DNA from: a virus
IMG/VR virus record: IMGVR_UViG_3300037470_001029
Location: 1-64,000 of that record
DNA: 64,000 nucleotides
Direction: 5' to 3' (one strand)
Part shown: in pieces, positions 7,725 through 17,983 of the stretch
Layout: every line of letters starts with the position of its first letter
Position numbering within the stretch: the first letter of the stretch is position 1
Notes under the pieces: model-generated
Told to the model about the DNA's origin: nothing
The model's input: the letters and a program-made list of their open reading frames with translations, nothing else
The model's database searches: none
Program-made: the position numbers and the translations under genes

Positions 7725-10451
7725 TTAGAATCCCTTGAATGCGTACTGCGTCTTCTCTAGTCCTGATGGGGCTTGGGTGATCGCCGTCCCGGCGGCGTCG
7801 AACACGTAAAGCTTGAAGGAGTTGGCTGGGCCGACGCGGGAGTTGGTAACCAAAGAATTTGCGCTAAGTGAGTTTACGGCGGGCTCCCCACTAGACCAAA
7901 TAGAAAGCCTGTCGGCGCCCGCGCCGTCAGTGACGCGAATGCTTCGGTAAAGAATCTTCGCCGCTCCCGATGCTGCATTGCCGTGATTTACAAGCTGCCA
8001 CAGGTTTACGGTCTTCCCGACATACGCCGCCAAAGAAATCTTGCGCGAGTACCACTGCCCGCGTGCAATGGCGTCCATCGCCACGCTCGGTGCGTAGCCG
8101 TTGTAACCGTTCTGATCGGTAGCTAAGTTGGTGTCCGTCACGTCCGTGAATGTCACCCTCATGCCACCGTTAGAGAATGACGCCACAACTGGATTTGATG
8201 GATCAATAAATACGTCGTACTCAAGGTAGTCGCCAGAGGCTATTACGCGGGCGGAATTGTGAATGTTCCAGAACAGATAGTTATCGCCGCTGCCGTTGAA
8301 GTCATAAGCGACCACCAAGCCGTCTTGCGGGTGCAGCAGCACGCGGTCAGCGACCGGCATGCGAGCACGGTTGAGCGCGCCACCGAGATCCACCGGGTTG
8401 AGCACCGTCAACTGCAAGTCCTGAGCACCGACGTAAGCGCCATCCAGCTCCACGAGGGTGCCTGCGGCGTCCACGGCGATCTGGCCAGACTCGCTGCGGG
8501 CGAGCGCTATCAGCGAGATCTTCGGCGGCTGGTCGACCAGCATCGTGCTCGTCGTCAGTGCCTCGATCACGGGGCGGATGAATCGCGTGGCGCCCTTCCA
8601 CGTCTGCCCGGGCTGGCGCGTCCAGTCTGAGCCGTTGTCGCTCGTCTCCAGATAATAGTCGAGCGAGCCGCTGAGCGCCGTTGCGTTCGGCGTCAACTGC
8701 CAGTCGCCGGTGACCGTCGTGCCGATGTCCCACGACTCGCCGACGAATTTCGACGTGGCGGAGGCGTGGTAGGAGGCGACCGGGTTGGCTCCGGAGCTCA
8801 GCGGGTCTGGCATCACCGTACCCCACTGGTCCGAGGCGACCGACGTCGCCCAGCGCTGCTTCCAGACGCCCTCGAGCATCGGGATGGCAACGAGGTTGGC
8901 GCCGGTGAGGTTCGGGTTGACGAACTCGCGGTCCTGAATGAATGCGTCCGAGTCGCTGGTGATCGTCACGTCGACCGTCGTCGCCGTCGGGCTGCGCAGG
9001 CCAACGGAGTCAAGGGCCTTGACGCCGAACCGCCACGTGCCAATCGGCAGGCCGCTGAACTGCGCGCGCAGGCCGTCGATCCGGTCGATCAAGGTGGCGG
9101 TGTCGTAGTTGAAGCTGCCGGGGTCGCCGTACTTCCACTCGTAGCGGTCGATGTCGATGTCGACGGCCGCCTCGATCCGAAAGTAGACGGTGCCGCCGAC
9201 CTCGAACGCAGACAGGATCGACGGCACGTTGCCTGGAGGCAGCAGCTTGCCGAGCGCCGTGATGGTGTCTGAGAGGATTGAGCTGACGAAGCCGGGGTCG
9301 TTGAAGGCCGTGACCTCGACCGTGTAGCCGCGGCCCTGCTGCGCAGGCGGCGAGGAATAGGAGAGCCCTTTCGTGGTCCTCTCGTCGACGACCAAGAGGC
9401 CGTCCATCAGGCGCACGCGGTAGGTGACCGGGTAGTAGTGCGTCGAGGCCGTCCACGAGACCTTGACCCGGCTCTGGTAGATGAAGCCGCGGCTGAGGGA
9501 GTCGCTCGCCTGGTCCTTCTCGAGGTAGACCTCCTCCGCTAGCACCAGAGACGTCGGCGCCGCGACCGACGTGATGGAAGGCAGCCCGGTGTCAGGCGTA
9601 TCCGGCGTCGTCTGTACCGTGTCGCTGAACACGTTGGCGTCGTATTTCCTGAGGCCGATCAGCCAGCGGCCGTAGCCGCGATCCACGCGCCCCATCCCAC
9701 GCATCGGCGTGGCGGTGAGGCCGATGTCGTCTGTGACCGTGAAGCGGTCACCAAGCGTCACCTTGAGGCCGTCCTCGAACACGCCTAGAACCGTCTCGAT
9801 CGCCTCGAGGTTGTAGTGATTCAACCGCTCGACGGCGAACCGGTACGCCTGCGAGTAGCGGCGGATGCCAGGCATGTTGATCCGCGCCTTGCGCCGCGTG
9901 GTGGGCGACATGTCGGCAACGGCGTAGTCCATCGCCCACGGCTTGACGTCCGTTTTAAAATAACCAATCTCGACCACGTTCGGGCGGTTGCGGATTCCTC
10001 GCTTGAAGATCGCCGGCAGCGGGTCCTGATCGATGTTTGCGGCCGTCAGCACGTGGTCAGCCGCGGCGCGCGGCATGTCGGCGATCAGCAAGGCGGTGTG
10101 GCCGTGGTAGTCAACCCACGCCGGCACGTACCCTCGCATCACGTCGATCCACTCCTCGACGTTCCTGGACTCGGCGATCGTCAGCGTGATTAAGCAGCGC
10201 TTCTCCCCGCCGATGATTCCGTCATCGTAGTCGGCGGCCTCAATCACGAGCTGCCAGTCCACGGGGCGACGCGCACCGTAAACCGTGCTGTTCAGCCAGT
10301 CTGCCGTGCACAACGCCGGGTTGTCGCTCCACAGGTACGCGGCGGCGGACTGAGCGTAGTAGTTGAGCACAGGCTCCGGGCCGACGGGAACGTAAGGTCC
10401 GGCCGAGGAGCCGGCCTCGAGTTGCGCGTAGGTGATGGTGCCAACGGTCAA
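7725..10451 (-). CDS. tail-tip/central fibre (gpJ-like) protein, C-terminal part with FN3-like domains
   Basis: WSDNPALC, RPNVVEIGY, FN3-like motifs (VSWTAS, YTVEVTAFN, WRFGVKALD); TTG start overlaps upstream stop. Confidence 0.75.
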   Translation of the reverse strand: MTVGTITYAQLEAGSSAGPYVPVGPEPVLNYYAQSAAAYLWSDNPALCTADWLNSTVYGARRPVDWQLVIEAADYDDGIIGGEKRCLITLTIAESRNVEEWIDVMRGYVPAWVDYHGHTALLIADMPRAAADHVLTAANIDQDPLPAIFKRGIRNRPNVVEIGYFKTDVKPWAMDYAVADMSPTTRRKARINMPGIRRYSQAYRFAVERLNHYNLEAIETVLGVFEDGLKVTLGDRFTVTDDIGLTATPMRGMGRVDRGYGRWLIGLRKYDANVFSDTVQTTPDTPDTGLPSITSVAAPTSLVLAEEVYLEKDQASDSLSRGFIYQSRVKVSWTASTHYYPVTYRVRLMDGLLVVDERTTKGLSYSSPPAQQGRGYTVEVTAFNDPGFVSSILSDTITALGKLLPPGNVPSILSAFEVGGTVYFRIEAAVDIDIDRYEWKYGDPGSFNYDTATLIDRIDGLRAQFSGLPIGTWRFGVKALDSVGLRSPTATTVDVTITSDSDAFIQDREFVNPNLTGANLVAIPMLEGVWKQRWATSVASDQWGTVMPDPLSSGANPVASYHASATSKFVGESWDIGTTVTGDWQLTPNATALSGSLDYYLETSDNGSDWTRQPGQTWKGATRFIRPVIEALTTSTMLVDQPPKISLIALARSESGQIAVDAAGTLVELDGAYVGAQDLQLTVLNPVDLGGALNRARMPVADRVLLHPQDGLVVAYDFNGSGDNYLFWNIHNSARVIASGDYLEYDVFIDPSNPVVASFSNGGMRVTFTDVTDTNLATDQNGYNGYAPSVAMDAIARGQWYSRKISLAAYVGKTVNLWQLVNHGNAASGAAKILYRSIRVTDGAGADRLSIWSSGEPAVNSLSANSLVTNSRVGPANSFKLYVFDAAGTAITQAPSGLEKTQYAFKGF

Positions 10452-11620
10452 GGAAGCTCTGCTCCGGTGAATATCAGGGAACCGCTTGCATTGGTGTAGT
10501 AGGGGAAATACCCGTCACCAGCCGTCAACCCCCCGGCCACCGTGATGACGATAAAGGACGCCCACTGACTACTCGGTGCGCCCCAGGAGATTGCTGTCGC
10601 GGCAATACCACCAGATCCCGTCGATAGCGAAATGTGGGTTGGATCGGAAACAACGATGCCCGTCACACGAACCCTCGTATGAACCGGGAATGTGATGCTT
10701 GCCACACAGGCTGTAGATCCAGTTGCGCGCCCAGCTCCCGGGATCATGTCGGCGGTAGAAGTCGACCGGAAAGCGGGCAGGTAGCGCTGACAGAGTGCTA
10801 GCTCTTCCTGTGAATCTCTAACCTCGACCAGCCCATTTGGAAGTTCACCCAGAAAAAGGCGCACATCGGCGATCTGGAAGATGTTGCCAATGGTGTCGAC
10901 GCAGTTGACTTGATTCGCAGTGCCAACTAGTGAGCCTGTCTGCCAGCCGGCGACGCCCTGCGAATTCGTCCCGACGCCAAGCACGAAGTCCAAGCGAGCA
11001 CCTGTGCCATTGGCGTAGTCCCACGTACCCGCCGAGGGTGACGCAGGAATTTGAATGACGGCCTCCTCCCAAGTGTTCGTCGTGGTCTGGGTGTATTCCG
11101 CGATGAACGAGCGGTCGTAAGCGCCATTGCGGAGCGAGATGCAGTAGGTGCCGGTCTTGGTGTGCTTGTGCCAGAAGCGAAGCGTCAGTGGGAGCTGGGC
11201 ATACCCAAGCCAGCGGTAGCCCTCTATTCTGGTCTGCAGGTTTACGATGTCCGCCGCAGCCATCGCAGCATCTGCTGTGGTTACGGCAACCTTCATGCTG
11301 TGCGTTATCAGCCGCCCGGCTTGCGCCATGGTAGGCGCATCCGCTTCCCGGGTGATTGTGAACACGGCATCTTGGGTGAATGAAATCCACATGTCGGCCG
11401 AACGACCACCGGATGCAATTGCAGGGAAGCTCGTTCCGCGCTGCCACGGGTTCGTCGAAAAATCGCCGCCGATAACGGCGTTGCGCAATCCACGTCCGAG
11501 AGCCAGGATTGCCTCTAGCGTTGTGCGGTAGTTCGCGCCCGCCCGCGCTATCGGAATGATGTCGGCGCTCGGGTCGAGAACCCCCGCGCTACCCCAATCA
11601 GACCACTTGTCGTTTGCCAT
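10448..11620 (-). CDS. tail fibre/spike-like protein inserted within tail-tip gene
   Basis: RNAVIGGDFSTNPWQRG and EELALCQRY fibre motifs; visibly more AT-rich than flanks. Confidence 0.7.
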   Translation of the reverse strand: MANDKWSDWGSAGVLDPSADIIPIARAGANYRTTLEAILALGRGLRNAVIGGDFSTNPWQRGTSFPAIASGGRSADMWISFTQDAVFTITREADAPTMAQAGRLITHSMKVAVTTADAAMAAADIVNLQTRIEGYRWLGYAQLPLTLRFWHKHTKTGTYCISLRNGAYDRSFIAEYTQTTTNTWEEAVIQIPASPSAGTWDYANGTGARLDFVLGVGTNSQGVAGWQTGSLVGTANQVNCVDTIGNIFQIADVRLFLGELPNGLVEVRDSQEELALCQRYLPAFRSTSTADMIPGAGRATGSTACVASITFPVHTRVRVTGIVVSDPTHISLSTGSGGIAATAISWGAPSSQWASFIVITVAGGLTAGDGYFPYYTNASGSLIFTGAELP

Positions 11621-11621
11621 G

Positions 11622-12614
11622 TCACGCCTCTTTCAGCATTGAAGAAGTGCCGTCCTCTTTCAGCATGATCTCGCCGTTCTCCTTGAGCATCACGCTGTTC
11701 GGCTCGAACACCTCGTAGATCGGGTCCACGACGACGTTGCCTTCGCGAGTAACGGTGAAGGTCTTTGGCGCCGCCTGCGTGGCCATCGCGTCGCCGATGG
11801 CGTCAGTGACCGCAGGGGTTGTCTCGCCGTAGCTCAGCTCGAGGTAACCAGTGCCGGCCATCGACAACGTGTGCTCTCCAACCGGCAGGAAGATCGTCTG
11901 CTTCGTCGGGGCTCCGGAATTGATGAAGCGGTAGCCGCCGATCACCGTTTCCAGCCGGGGGTCGTACACCTTCTTGCCCTTGACGAGCACGGTCAGCGCG
12001 GGGAACCCCGGCGTCAGCCCAGCGGGGAAGCGGGCGACGATGTACGCGGTGCCCGGCATCGTCTCGTCGAAGCCGGGGATCGCTGCTGCGAGCGTCGGAT
12101 CGATGCCCTGCGTCGCGGTGCCGAGGTAGGTGGCGATGTAGACCGCCTTGTCGGCCTGCATGTGGTCGGGGTGCAGGTACGCCTGCGTGTTGCCGACGGG
12201 CGCGAGGTAAGGCACCAACGTGTCGTCACCGAGGTCGGGGTCAGTGATCGACTCGATCTCCCCCTCGCACAGGATAAGGCAGACCACCAGGTAGCCGGCG
12301 TGCACGCGGATCGTGTAGATCAGGCCCGCCGTGCGCTCCGGGCCGCCGTAGATCACCGGGATGACGCTGTCGGCCGATGCCGCAACGATCTGGACCTCGC
12401 TCGACTGCGCGACGGTCTGGTTGATCCTGTTCGGCGTCGCCTGCCCGGTCGGGTCGTCCGGGAGAAGTGAGGCGTCCGGAATGACGTTTGGCCGGCGGCC
12501 GATCCCGGTCTGCCGGTTCGGGCCGAGGGAAGGCCCGCCGCCGCGGCCGAGCGGGCTCCTGCCGACCCCTTCGGGGTTGGTGTCGGCGGGTGTGATGGGG
12601 CCGGAGACAGCCAC
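11622..12614 (-). CDS. tail-tip (gpJ-like) protein, N-terminal part
   Basis: IPVIYG, LCEGEIESI, VKGKKVYDPR motifs of tail-hub N-termini. Confidence 0.7.
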   Translation of the reverse strand: MAVSGPITPADTNPEGVGRSPLGRGGGPSLGPNRQTGIGRRPNVIPDASLLPDDPTGQATPNRINQTVAQSSEVQIVAASADSVIPVIYGGPERTAGLIYTIRVHAGYLVVCLILCEGEIESITDPDLGDDTLVPYLAPVGNTQAYLHPDHMQADKAVYIATYLGTATQGIDPTLAAAIPGFDETMPGTAYIVARFPAGLTPGFPALTVLVKGKKVYDPRLETVIGGYRFINSGAPTKQTIFLPVGEHTLSMAGTGYLELSYGETTPAVTDAIGDAMATQAAPKTFTVTREGNVVVDPIYEVFEPNSVMLKENGEIMLKEDGTSSMLKEA

Positions 12615-12615
12615 G

Positions 12616-12966
12616 CTAAACCTCGATCAGTTCAAGGTTGCACTCGTACTGCCCGATGTCGAGCATCGGCAGGTCGATGTCGTTCGGCCCGAAGATCATG
12701 GTGTGGTTCGTCACGACCAGCACACCGTTGACCTCCCGCGAATAAATGTAGTTGAAAGTGATGGCGCGGTTTGCGTCGTAGAACGCCCTCAACGTCTCGT
12801 AGGCGGCTCCCTTGAGCCAGAGGTGCAGGCTGAGATCCAGCTTGCGCCCCGTGCTCGTCATGCGCGCCTTGACGCTGTTCGCCCGCGTGAGCGAGACGAT
12901 TTTCGGGTCGCGCCACCGCTCCGACGTGCCCCTGGCGATGGTCGGAAGGGTCGGGAAATCAGCCAC
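12616..12966 (-). CDS. minor tail protein (distal-tail-like)
   Basis: Position after TMP; 116 aa ending LELIEV. Confidence 0.55.
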   Translation of the reverse strand: MADFPTLPTIARGTSERWRDPKIVSLTRANSVKARMTSTGRKLDLSLHLWLKGAAYETLRAFYDANRAITFNYIYSREVNGVLVVTNHTMIFGPNDIDLPMLDIGQYECNLELIEV

Positions 12967-13492
12967 GGTGCGGCTCCAGAATGAAGGTAGTGGTTCCCCA
13001 AGGAATCTTCGAGCCGCGCGGCAGCGCGTACTTGAAGCCGTTGTAGACGTCCACGCGGCGCCGCGGCCCCTTCGCGTAAGCCGACTGATTCGAAATGAGC
13101 CTCGAATCGATGTAGTCGGGGTTTATCGTCGTGTCGTCGAACACGAGCTGGCCGAGATACTGCGGGTGATCGAGTACCTCGCGGTCGACCTGGTAGATGT
13201 CAATCGTAACGTCCGCCATGTCAGCGTTGAGGAAGGCGCTGCCCAGCTCGTTGCCGTGGTTCGCCGCGCGCAGGCGGCCGGAGATCAGGGCACCGGCCTC
13301 CCACTTGAGCCCGGTGACCTCGAAGTCCAGATCGGCCCACGGCACCACGCCGCCGGCCGAAATGGAGACGTCCACCGAGCCGCCGTTGGACCACCGCATC
13401 ACCAGGTCGGCGTTAATCTGGATCAGGTAAAAGATCTGCGTGATGACCTGGTCGAACCGGGTCTGCAGCGTGGCCGGGATCAGGCGCGGCAT
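12959..13492 (-). CDS. minor tail protein
   Basis: Immediately follows TMP; beta-rich 177 aa ending IPWG region. Confidence 0.55.
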   Translation of the reverse strand: MPRLIPATLQTRFDQVITQIFYLIQINADLVMRWSNGGSVDVSISAGGVVPWADLDFEVTGLKWEAGALISGRLRAANHGNELGSAFLNADMADVTIDIYQVDREVLDHPQYLGQLVFDDTTINPDYIDSRLISNQSAYAKGPRRRVDVYNGFKYALPRGSKIPWGTTTFILEPHRG

Positions 13493-13494
13493 CG

Positions 13495-16400
13495 TCAGCC
13501 CCCGTCGTTCACGACGGTCGTGTTGACCCGGTTATCTTCGACGCTGATCCCGACATCGACGCGGTGTGTGGTGTTCGCGTTGGTGTTCGCGGCCTGGAGC
13601 TGCGTGTTCGCCGCAGCCGTCTGCGTCGCCGCCCCGGCGGTGATCGCCTCCTTGATGGCGTCCAGCGCCGATTGCATCTGCGTCGCGGCCGTGGTCTGGA
13701 TGTCGGTCAGGTGCGTGGTGATCGCGCTCTGCGCCGCGCGGCCGTCCTCGAGGAATTGGGTGCGCAGCGCCGTCTGCTGCTCGGGCGAGAGCAGGCTCCA
13801 CGCCGACGAGATCGACGAGGTTACGATCCCGGCCTGACGCTGGATCTCCGCCGGGTCAGTCGAGAGCAGCGCCGCGTCCCGCGCATCGTTGGCCTGCCGC
13901 TGGTAGAACTCATACTGCTGCTGCGCCGTCATCCCGGACAGCTCGATGGACTGGAGTACCGTGTCGAACATCCCAGTGACCGCCAGCCTGACCTGCTCGA
14001 TGCTTGCGAGCAACTGGACCTGCGCGTTGTAGTAGTCGACCGTCGCCTGCGCGAGCGCCTGCGTTGATTCGAGACTTCCGTCGTACGCTTCGAGCTGGGC
14101 GCGGATCGCCCGGTCGTTGTTGCTCAGCGCGGTCTGGAATTGGTTCGACGACTCGTAGAGCATCGTCGCCACGTCCTCCATCGGGCTGCGGCTGACCACT
14201 TCGAAGATGGTCACCAACGCAACGATCCCGTCGATCAGCTCCGCCTGGGTTCCCCTGAACTTGTCGATGTAGCTCCGGATGTAGCCGGTCGCCTCTCCAA
14301 GGACGAGCGCCGCCTGCTCGACGAACACGTCATTCAAGAACTGCGCGATAGCAGCGTCCACTTCCTCTTGCCCGGAGGTGCTCGTGAGCTGGAGGACGAA
14401 CTCGTGCGTGTAGTTCTCCAGGATCGCGGCGGCGTCCACCCCGATCAGCTTGCCGAGCGCGACCATCTGCTTGTGGATCTGGGCGAGCGCATCGGTGAAC
14501 GGCGCTGCCTGATCCGCCGTCAGCTCCTCGCTCTCCGTCCAGCGGCGGTCGCTGCGGAACCAGCCGCCGGCCTGCGAATAGTCCTGCCACGACCTCCCAC
14601 CCTCGATCTCACCGGCGCCGGTGACCGTGCCACTGATCCCGGATGCGTCGGCCTGCGTCGCACGGCGGCCCCAGATCCGCGTGTGCAGGGACGAGCCGCT
14701 GAGCAGCGAGGCCGCGCGGTCGCCGAGGCCCAGGCTGCGCAGGAGGCGGTCGCCGGTCAAAGGACCGCCAGGCATATCGGCAATCCCGCTCTGGTCGTCC
14801 GCCCGCCAGCCGCGCTGGTACATGGCGTCGTTTGCGATCATCGCTGCGATGACAATCGCCACAATACCGGCAACGGCCATCCCGCTCATCGGTGTTGCAC
14901 CAGCCGCGGCCGTCGAAGAACCGCCGCCGACCACGTTGCCGAATGTAGCGGCCGTAACCTGCCCGCCTGCCGCCGTAGTAGCCCCAGTGCCGGTCAGCGC
15001 ACCCCACGCAGTCGAACCGCCCTGGTAGGCGCTCCATGCGCCGCTCGCATACTCGTACACCGCGCCGGCCGTGCTACCCTGCCCAGCAGCACTAGCCGCA
15101 ATCGACAGAGCGCCGTTGCCGGTGATGTTCGCAGCAAGGTTCAGCACCATCTTCGTCGCGAACAGTTGGATTAGCTCGGCGAAGAACTGCTTCCACATCC
15201 GCTTGAGCATATCAACAGCGTTCTCGTTGTCGACGATCACAGCGGTCAGGAACGTACCGATGTAGTTGCCGACCTCGGCCCATAACGAGATCTGGTCTTG
15301 AACATGCCGGCGCAGCTCCTTCTCGCTCTGCTTATTCGCCTCCTTCTCGTCGATCAAGCGCTGCTCGGCCGCGGACTTGCTCATCTTGCCCATTGCGATT
15401 AAGCCGTCCTCATACTCCTTGATCTGCGCCTCGATGTACTTGACCCACCCAGCGTCATCGAGGTCGCGCATCTTGTTCTGTTCCGCGTGAAAGGCTTCAA
15501 GCGCCTTCAGCTCGTCCGCGAGCGCCTTGCTCTGCTCTCGCCTCAGCTCGTCCGCGGATTTCTTCGCCTCCTGAAGACGCTTCGCGTACATCGCCTTCTC
15601 TTTGGCTTGCCTTGCCAGGATAGCGGCCTCCTGCCCGGCGATTGCCTTGGCGTCCTGCTCCGCTATCAGTTTCGCGTGGGCCACGTGGGCCGCCTGCGCC
15701 GCGTCGGCGGCGACCTTGTCCTTGTCGGCGGCGAGCCCGAGCGCCTGGCGAAGCCGGAGGGAGATTTCGAGCACAGCGTTCGCCGCCTTGATCGGCGCCG
15801 TGTCGCCGATTACCTTCAGGAATTCGGCCCACCAGTCCTTCGCCGTGCGCACCGCGTCGGCCATCAGGCTGACGTTGTGGGCGAGGTTGTCCATCATCGT
15901 GTTGACCTTCTCGCCCTCCTCCGGTGTGCCGCGCCAGGCGCGGAGCAGATCGTCCCACGCCTTCTGCAACGGGGTCAGCCCCTCGTTATGCAGGCCGTCG
16001 ATCCGCCCGTGGAGCGCCTCGAGCGCGATAGCCTGGATCCCGGCGGCATCGCCAACCTCGACCATCGCCTGGACCTGCTTGTACTGGTCGAAGGTCAAGA
16101 TGTTGTACTTCTCGTCGAGCGCGATCACGCCGGTCAACGGCTTGCCGAGAGCCGCGGCGAGCTCCTCGGCGGCGCCGGCCGCATCCACGCCCATCGCGCG
16201 CGCGAAGTCCGGGACCATTCCCGTCAGCTCGCCGAACATCTCCCGACCGATGGCTCCCTGCTTGGCGAAGGACTGCACGACCTTCATCGCCATCTCTTCC
16301 GAGACGTTGCTCACCTTCTTGAGGGTCTCGACGTAAGTAGACAGCTCGCCGCTCGAGACTATCCCAGCGCGGCCGGTGCCGGCAAGCAGAGCCCCGGTTG

Positions 16401-17055
16401 CGCCGATGCTCTGGTTGAACTTTTCGATGTCGACGCCGTGCTTTATCCAGACGCCGAATGCGGCGCCGACCGCCAGCGCCGGGGCAAGCATCGCCGCGAG
16501 CCCCTTAACCGCCGCCCACGAATGGGTGGCAAGCTGGGCGAGCTGGCGCAGCGCCATCGGGAAATCGCCGCGCATCAGGGCCTGGGCCATCTGCATGAGG
16601 TCCGTCTTGGCGCGCTGGGAGAACGAGCCCACCTTTGCTCCGGTCTCGTCCACGACGCCACCCATGTCCTGGAGGACCTTGATCGCCTGTTCAGTCTCCT
16701 TGTTGTAGCTGCCTTGCGCACCACGCAATGCCGCAATCGCGGCCGTCGCCTCATCGGCCGACATCTTGTAGTTCTTGAGGGCGCTTGCCGCGACCTCCTC
16801 GGCCTTCGCCTGCTGCTGCACCGCCTGCGTGGCGCTGTCGATCGACCTTGTCGTGTGCTCGAAACGGGCCTTGACCTGTTCGAGAGTCTCGCCGGTGCGC
16901 TTCATGACACTTTGGTATGCCATGTCTTCGTTGGATAGCCGCTTGACCTGCGCCTCGGTGCGCCCGCCCGCCTCGGTCACCGAGTCGAGCGCCGACTTCG
17001 CCGTGACGGCGGACGTGGAGTCGATCTCGATGCCCAGGGAAGCGATGTCGGTCAT
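13495..17055 (-). CDS. tail tape measure protein
   Basis: 1186 aa, Ala-rich helical, MTDIASLGIEIDS start; follows chaperone pair. Confidence 0.9.
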   Translation of the reverse strand: MTDIASLGIEIDSTSAVTAKSALDSVTEAGGRTEAQVKRLSNEDMAYQSVMKRTGETLEQVKARFEHTTRSIDSATQAVQQQAKAEEVAASALKNYKMSADEATAAIAALRGAQGSYNKETEQAIKVLQDMGGVVDETGAKVGSFSQRAKTDLMQMAQALMRGDFPMALRQLAQLATHSWAAVKGLAAMLAPALAVGAAFGVWIKHGVDIEKFNQSIGATGALLAGTGRAGIVSSGELSTYVETLKKVSNVSEEMAMKVVQSFAKQGAIGREMFGELTGMVPDFARAMGVDAAGAAEELAAALGKPLTGVIALDEKYNILTFDQYKQVQAMVEVGDAAGIQAIALEALHGRIDGLHNEGLTPLQKAWDDLLRAWRGTPEEGEKVNTMMDNLAHNVSLMADAVRTAKDWWAEFLKVIGDTAPIKAANAVLEISLRLRQALGLAADKDKVAADAAQAAHVAHAKLIAEQDAKAIAGQEAAILARQAKEKAMYAKRLQEAKKSADELRREQSKALADELKALEAFHAEQNKMRDLDDAGWVKYIEAQIKEYEDGLIAMGKMSKSAAEQRLIDEKEANKQSEKELRRHVQDQISLWAEVGNYIGTFLTAVIVDNENAVDMLKRMWKQFFAELIQLFATKMVLNLAANITGNGALSIAASAAGQGSTAGAVYEYASGAWSAYQGGSTAWGALTGTGATTAAGGQVTAATFGNVVGGGSSTAAAGATPMSGMAVAGIVAIVIAAMIANDAMYQRGWRADDQSGIADMPGGPLTGDRLLRSLGLGDRAASLLSGSSLHTRIWGRRATQADASGISGTVTGAGEIEGGRSWQDYSQAGGWFRSDRRWTESEELTADQAAPFTDALAQIHKQMVALGKLIGVDAAAILENYTHEFVLQLTSTSGQEEVDAAIAQFLNDVFVEQAALVLGEATGYIRSYIDKFRGTQAELIDGIVALVTIFEVVSRSPMEDVATMLYESSNQFQTALSNNDRAIRAQLEAYDGSLESTQALAQATVDYYNAQVQLLASIEQVRLAVTGMFDTVLQSIELSGMTAQQQYEFYQRQANDARDAALLSTDPAEIQRQAGIVTSSISSAWSLLSPEQQTALRTQFLEDGRAAQSAITTHLTDIQTTAATQMQSALDAIKEAITAGAATQTAAANTQLQAANTNANTTHRVDVGISVEDNRVNTTVVNDGG

Positions 17056-17467
17056 TTCTTCGCCTTGTTCTTTATGGACAGGTACACGGCCTCTAGCGCG
17101 TCGAGCATGTCGTTCTCAAAGGGGGTGAAAACGATCCCGCGCCTGCGCGCCCAAGCCTCGACCCCCTCATCGGTGATCGGGTTGACCGAGTAGCCATTGG
17201 TTGTGCGCCGCTTGTTCATCCTCTTGAAATACTCCCAAAGATACTTGACCTCTTCCGGGCATGGAATGAACGTGAGCTGCTCTGGCATGCGCTCAGGGGC
17301 AAAGTCGTGCTGCCTCCAGTAGCTGTACAATTGCTCCCTGAGCGTCGATCCATCTTCCTGTACCTCCGATAACGTGGTCTCCTGTCCTGCGTGGCCGATC
17401 AGGCCACTGTCTGGGATTGCTTGCCCTTCACCGTCGACGGCTCCCCAGAATCCGACGAGGTATTCGT
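17052..17467 (-). CDS. tail assembly chaperone, frameshift extension (gpT-like)
   Basis: -1 frame continuing from GGTTTTT; YLWEYFKRM...NPITDEGVEAW...ENDMLDALE. Confidence 0.65.
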
Positions 17468-17869
17468 AAAAACCTGCTCGGCTTCGATTGCCTGGAGCGT
17501 CTTGAACCGCCACGTCGGACGCTTGGCGAAGATCTTCTTCAGGGTGTCTTCGTTGGGCGGCATCGGCTTGCCGTCATCGAGGAAGCCGTACACCTCCTTG
17601 AGGCACGCCGAGACGAGGGCGAGCTCCCGCTTCTCGGTCAGCAGGACCAGCTCCTGCGCGCCGGGCTTCGTCGCCGCCTCGATCGCACGGCCGCGGCGAG
17701 CCGCCTTCTGCACGTTGCGCACGCGCCACGCGCGATCGGCCTCCTGGTACTCGTCCGAATTGACGCCGACGACCTTGAAGCCGTCGGTCGGGTTACCATC
17801 CTCGTCGAACAAGAGAGGTACGTCGATCAGGTCTTCCTCGCTGCTTTCCTTCAGGTCTTTCAGGTCCAT
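17399..17869 (-). CDS. tail assembly chaperone (gpG-like)
   Basis: Start ATG 17869 with AAGGAG; between tube and TMP. Confidence 0.75.
   Translation of the reverse strand: MDLKDLKESSEEDLIDVPLLFDEDGNPTDGFKVVGVNSDEYQEADRAWRVRNVQKAARRGRAIEAATKPGAQELVLLTEKRELALVSACLKEVYGFLDDGKPMPPNEDTLKKIFAKRPTWRFKTLQAIEAEQVFTNTSSDSGEPSTVKGKQSQTVA
17468..17474 (-). other. putative -1 frameshift slippery site G GTT TTT
   Basis: CAG GTT TTT ACG near end of gpG-like ORF; -1 shift enters the downstream ORF. Confidence 0.6.
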
Positions 17870-17983
17870 CGTCTTCTCCTTGGTTGCTTCCGGTGACCGG
17901 CCCACCTCCTCCTTGCAAGGGGGAGAAGGGTCCCGAGCGAAAAGTCGGCAGGCCGGGCCGGAAGCGGGTTGAAGCGGCCGGCA

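Noticed and set aside
5832-11620. Diversity-generating retroelement or invertase shufflon acting on fibres
   Set aside because: No reverse transcriptase, recombinase, TR/VR pair or inverted crossover repeats seen.
10449-11720. Self-splicing intron or intein explaining the split tail gene
   Set aside because: Insert is fully occupied by fibre-type coding sequence; no group I/II or intein hallmarks recognised.
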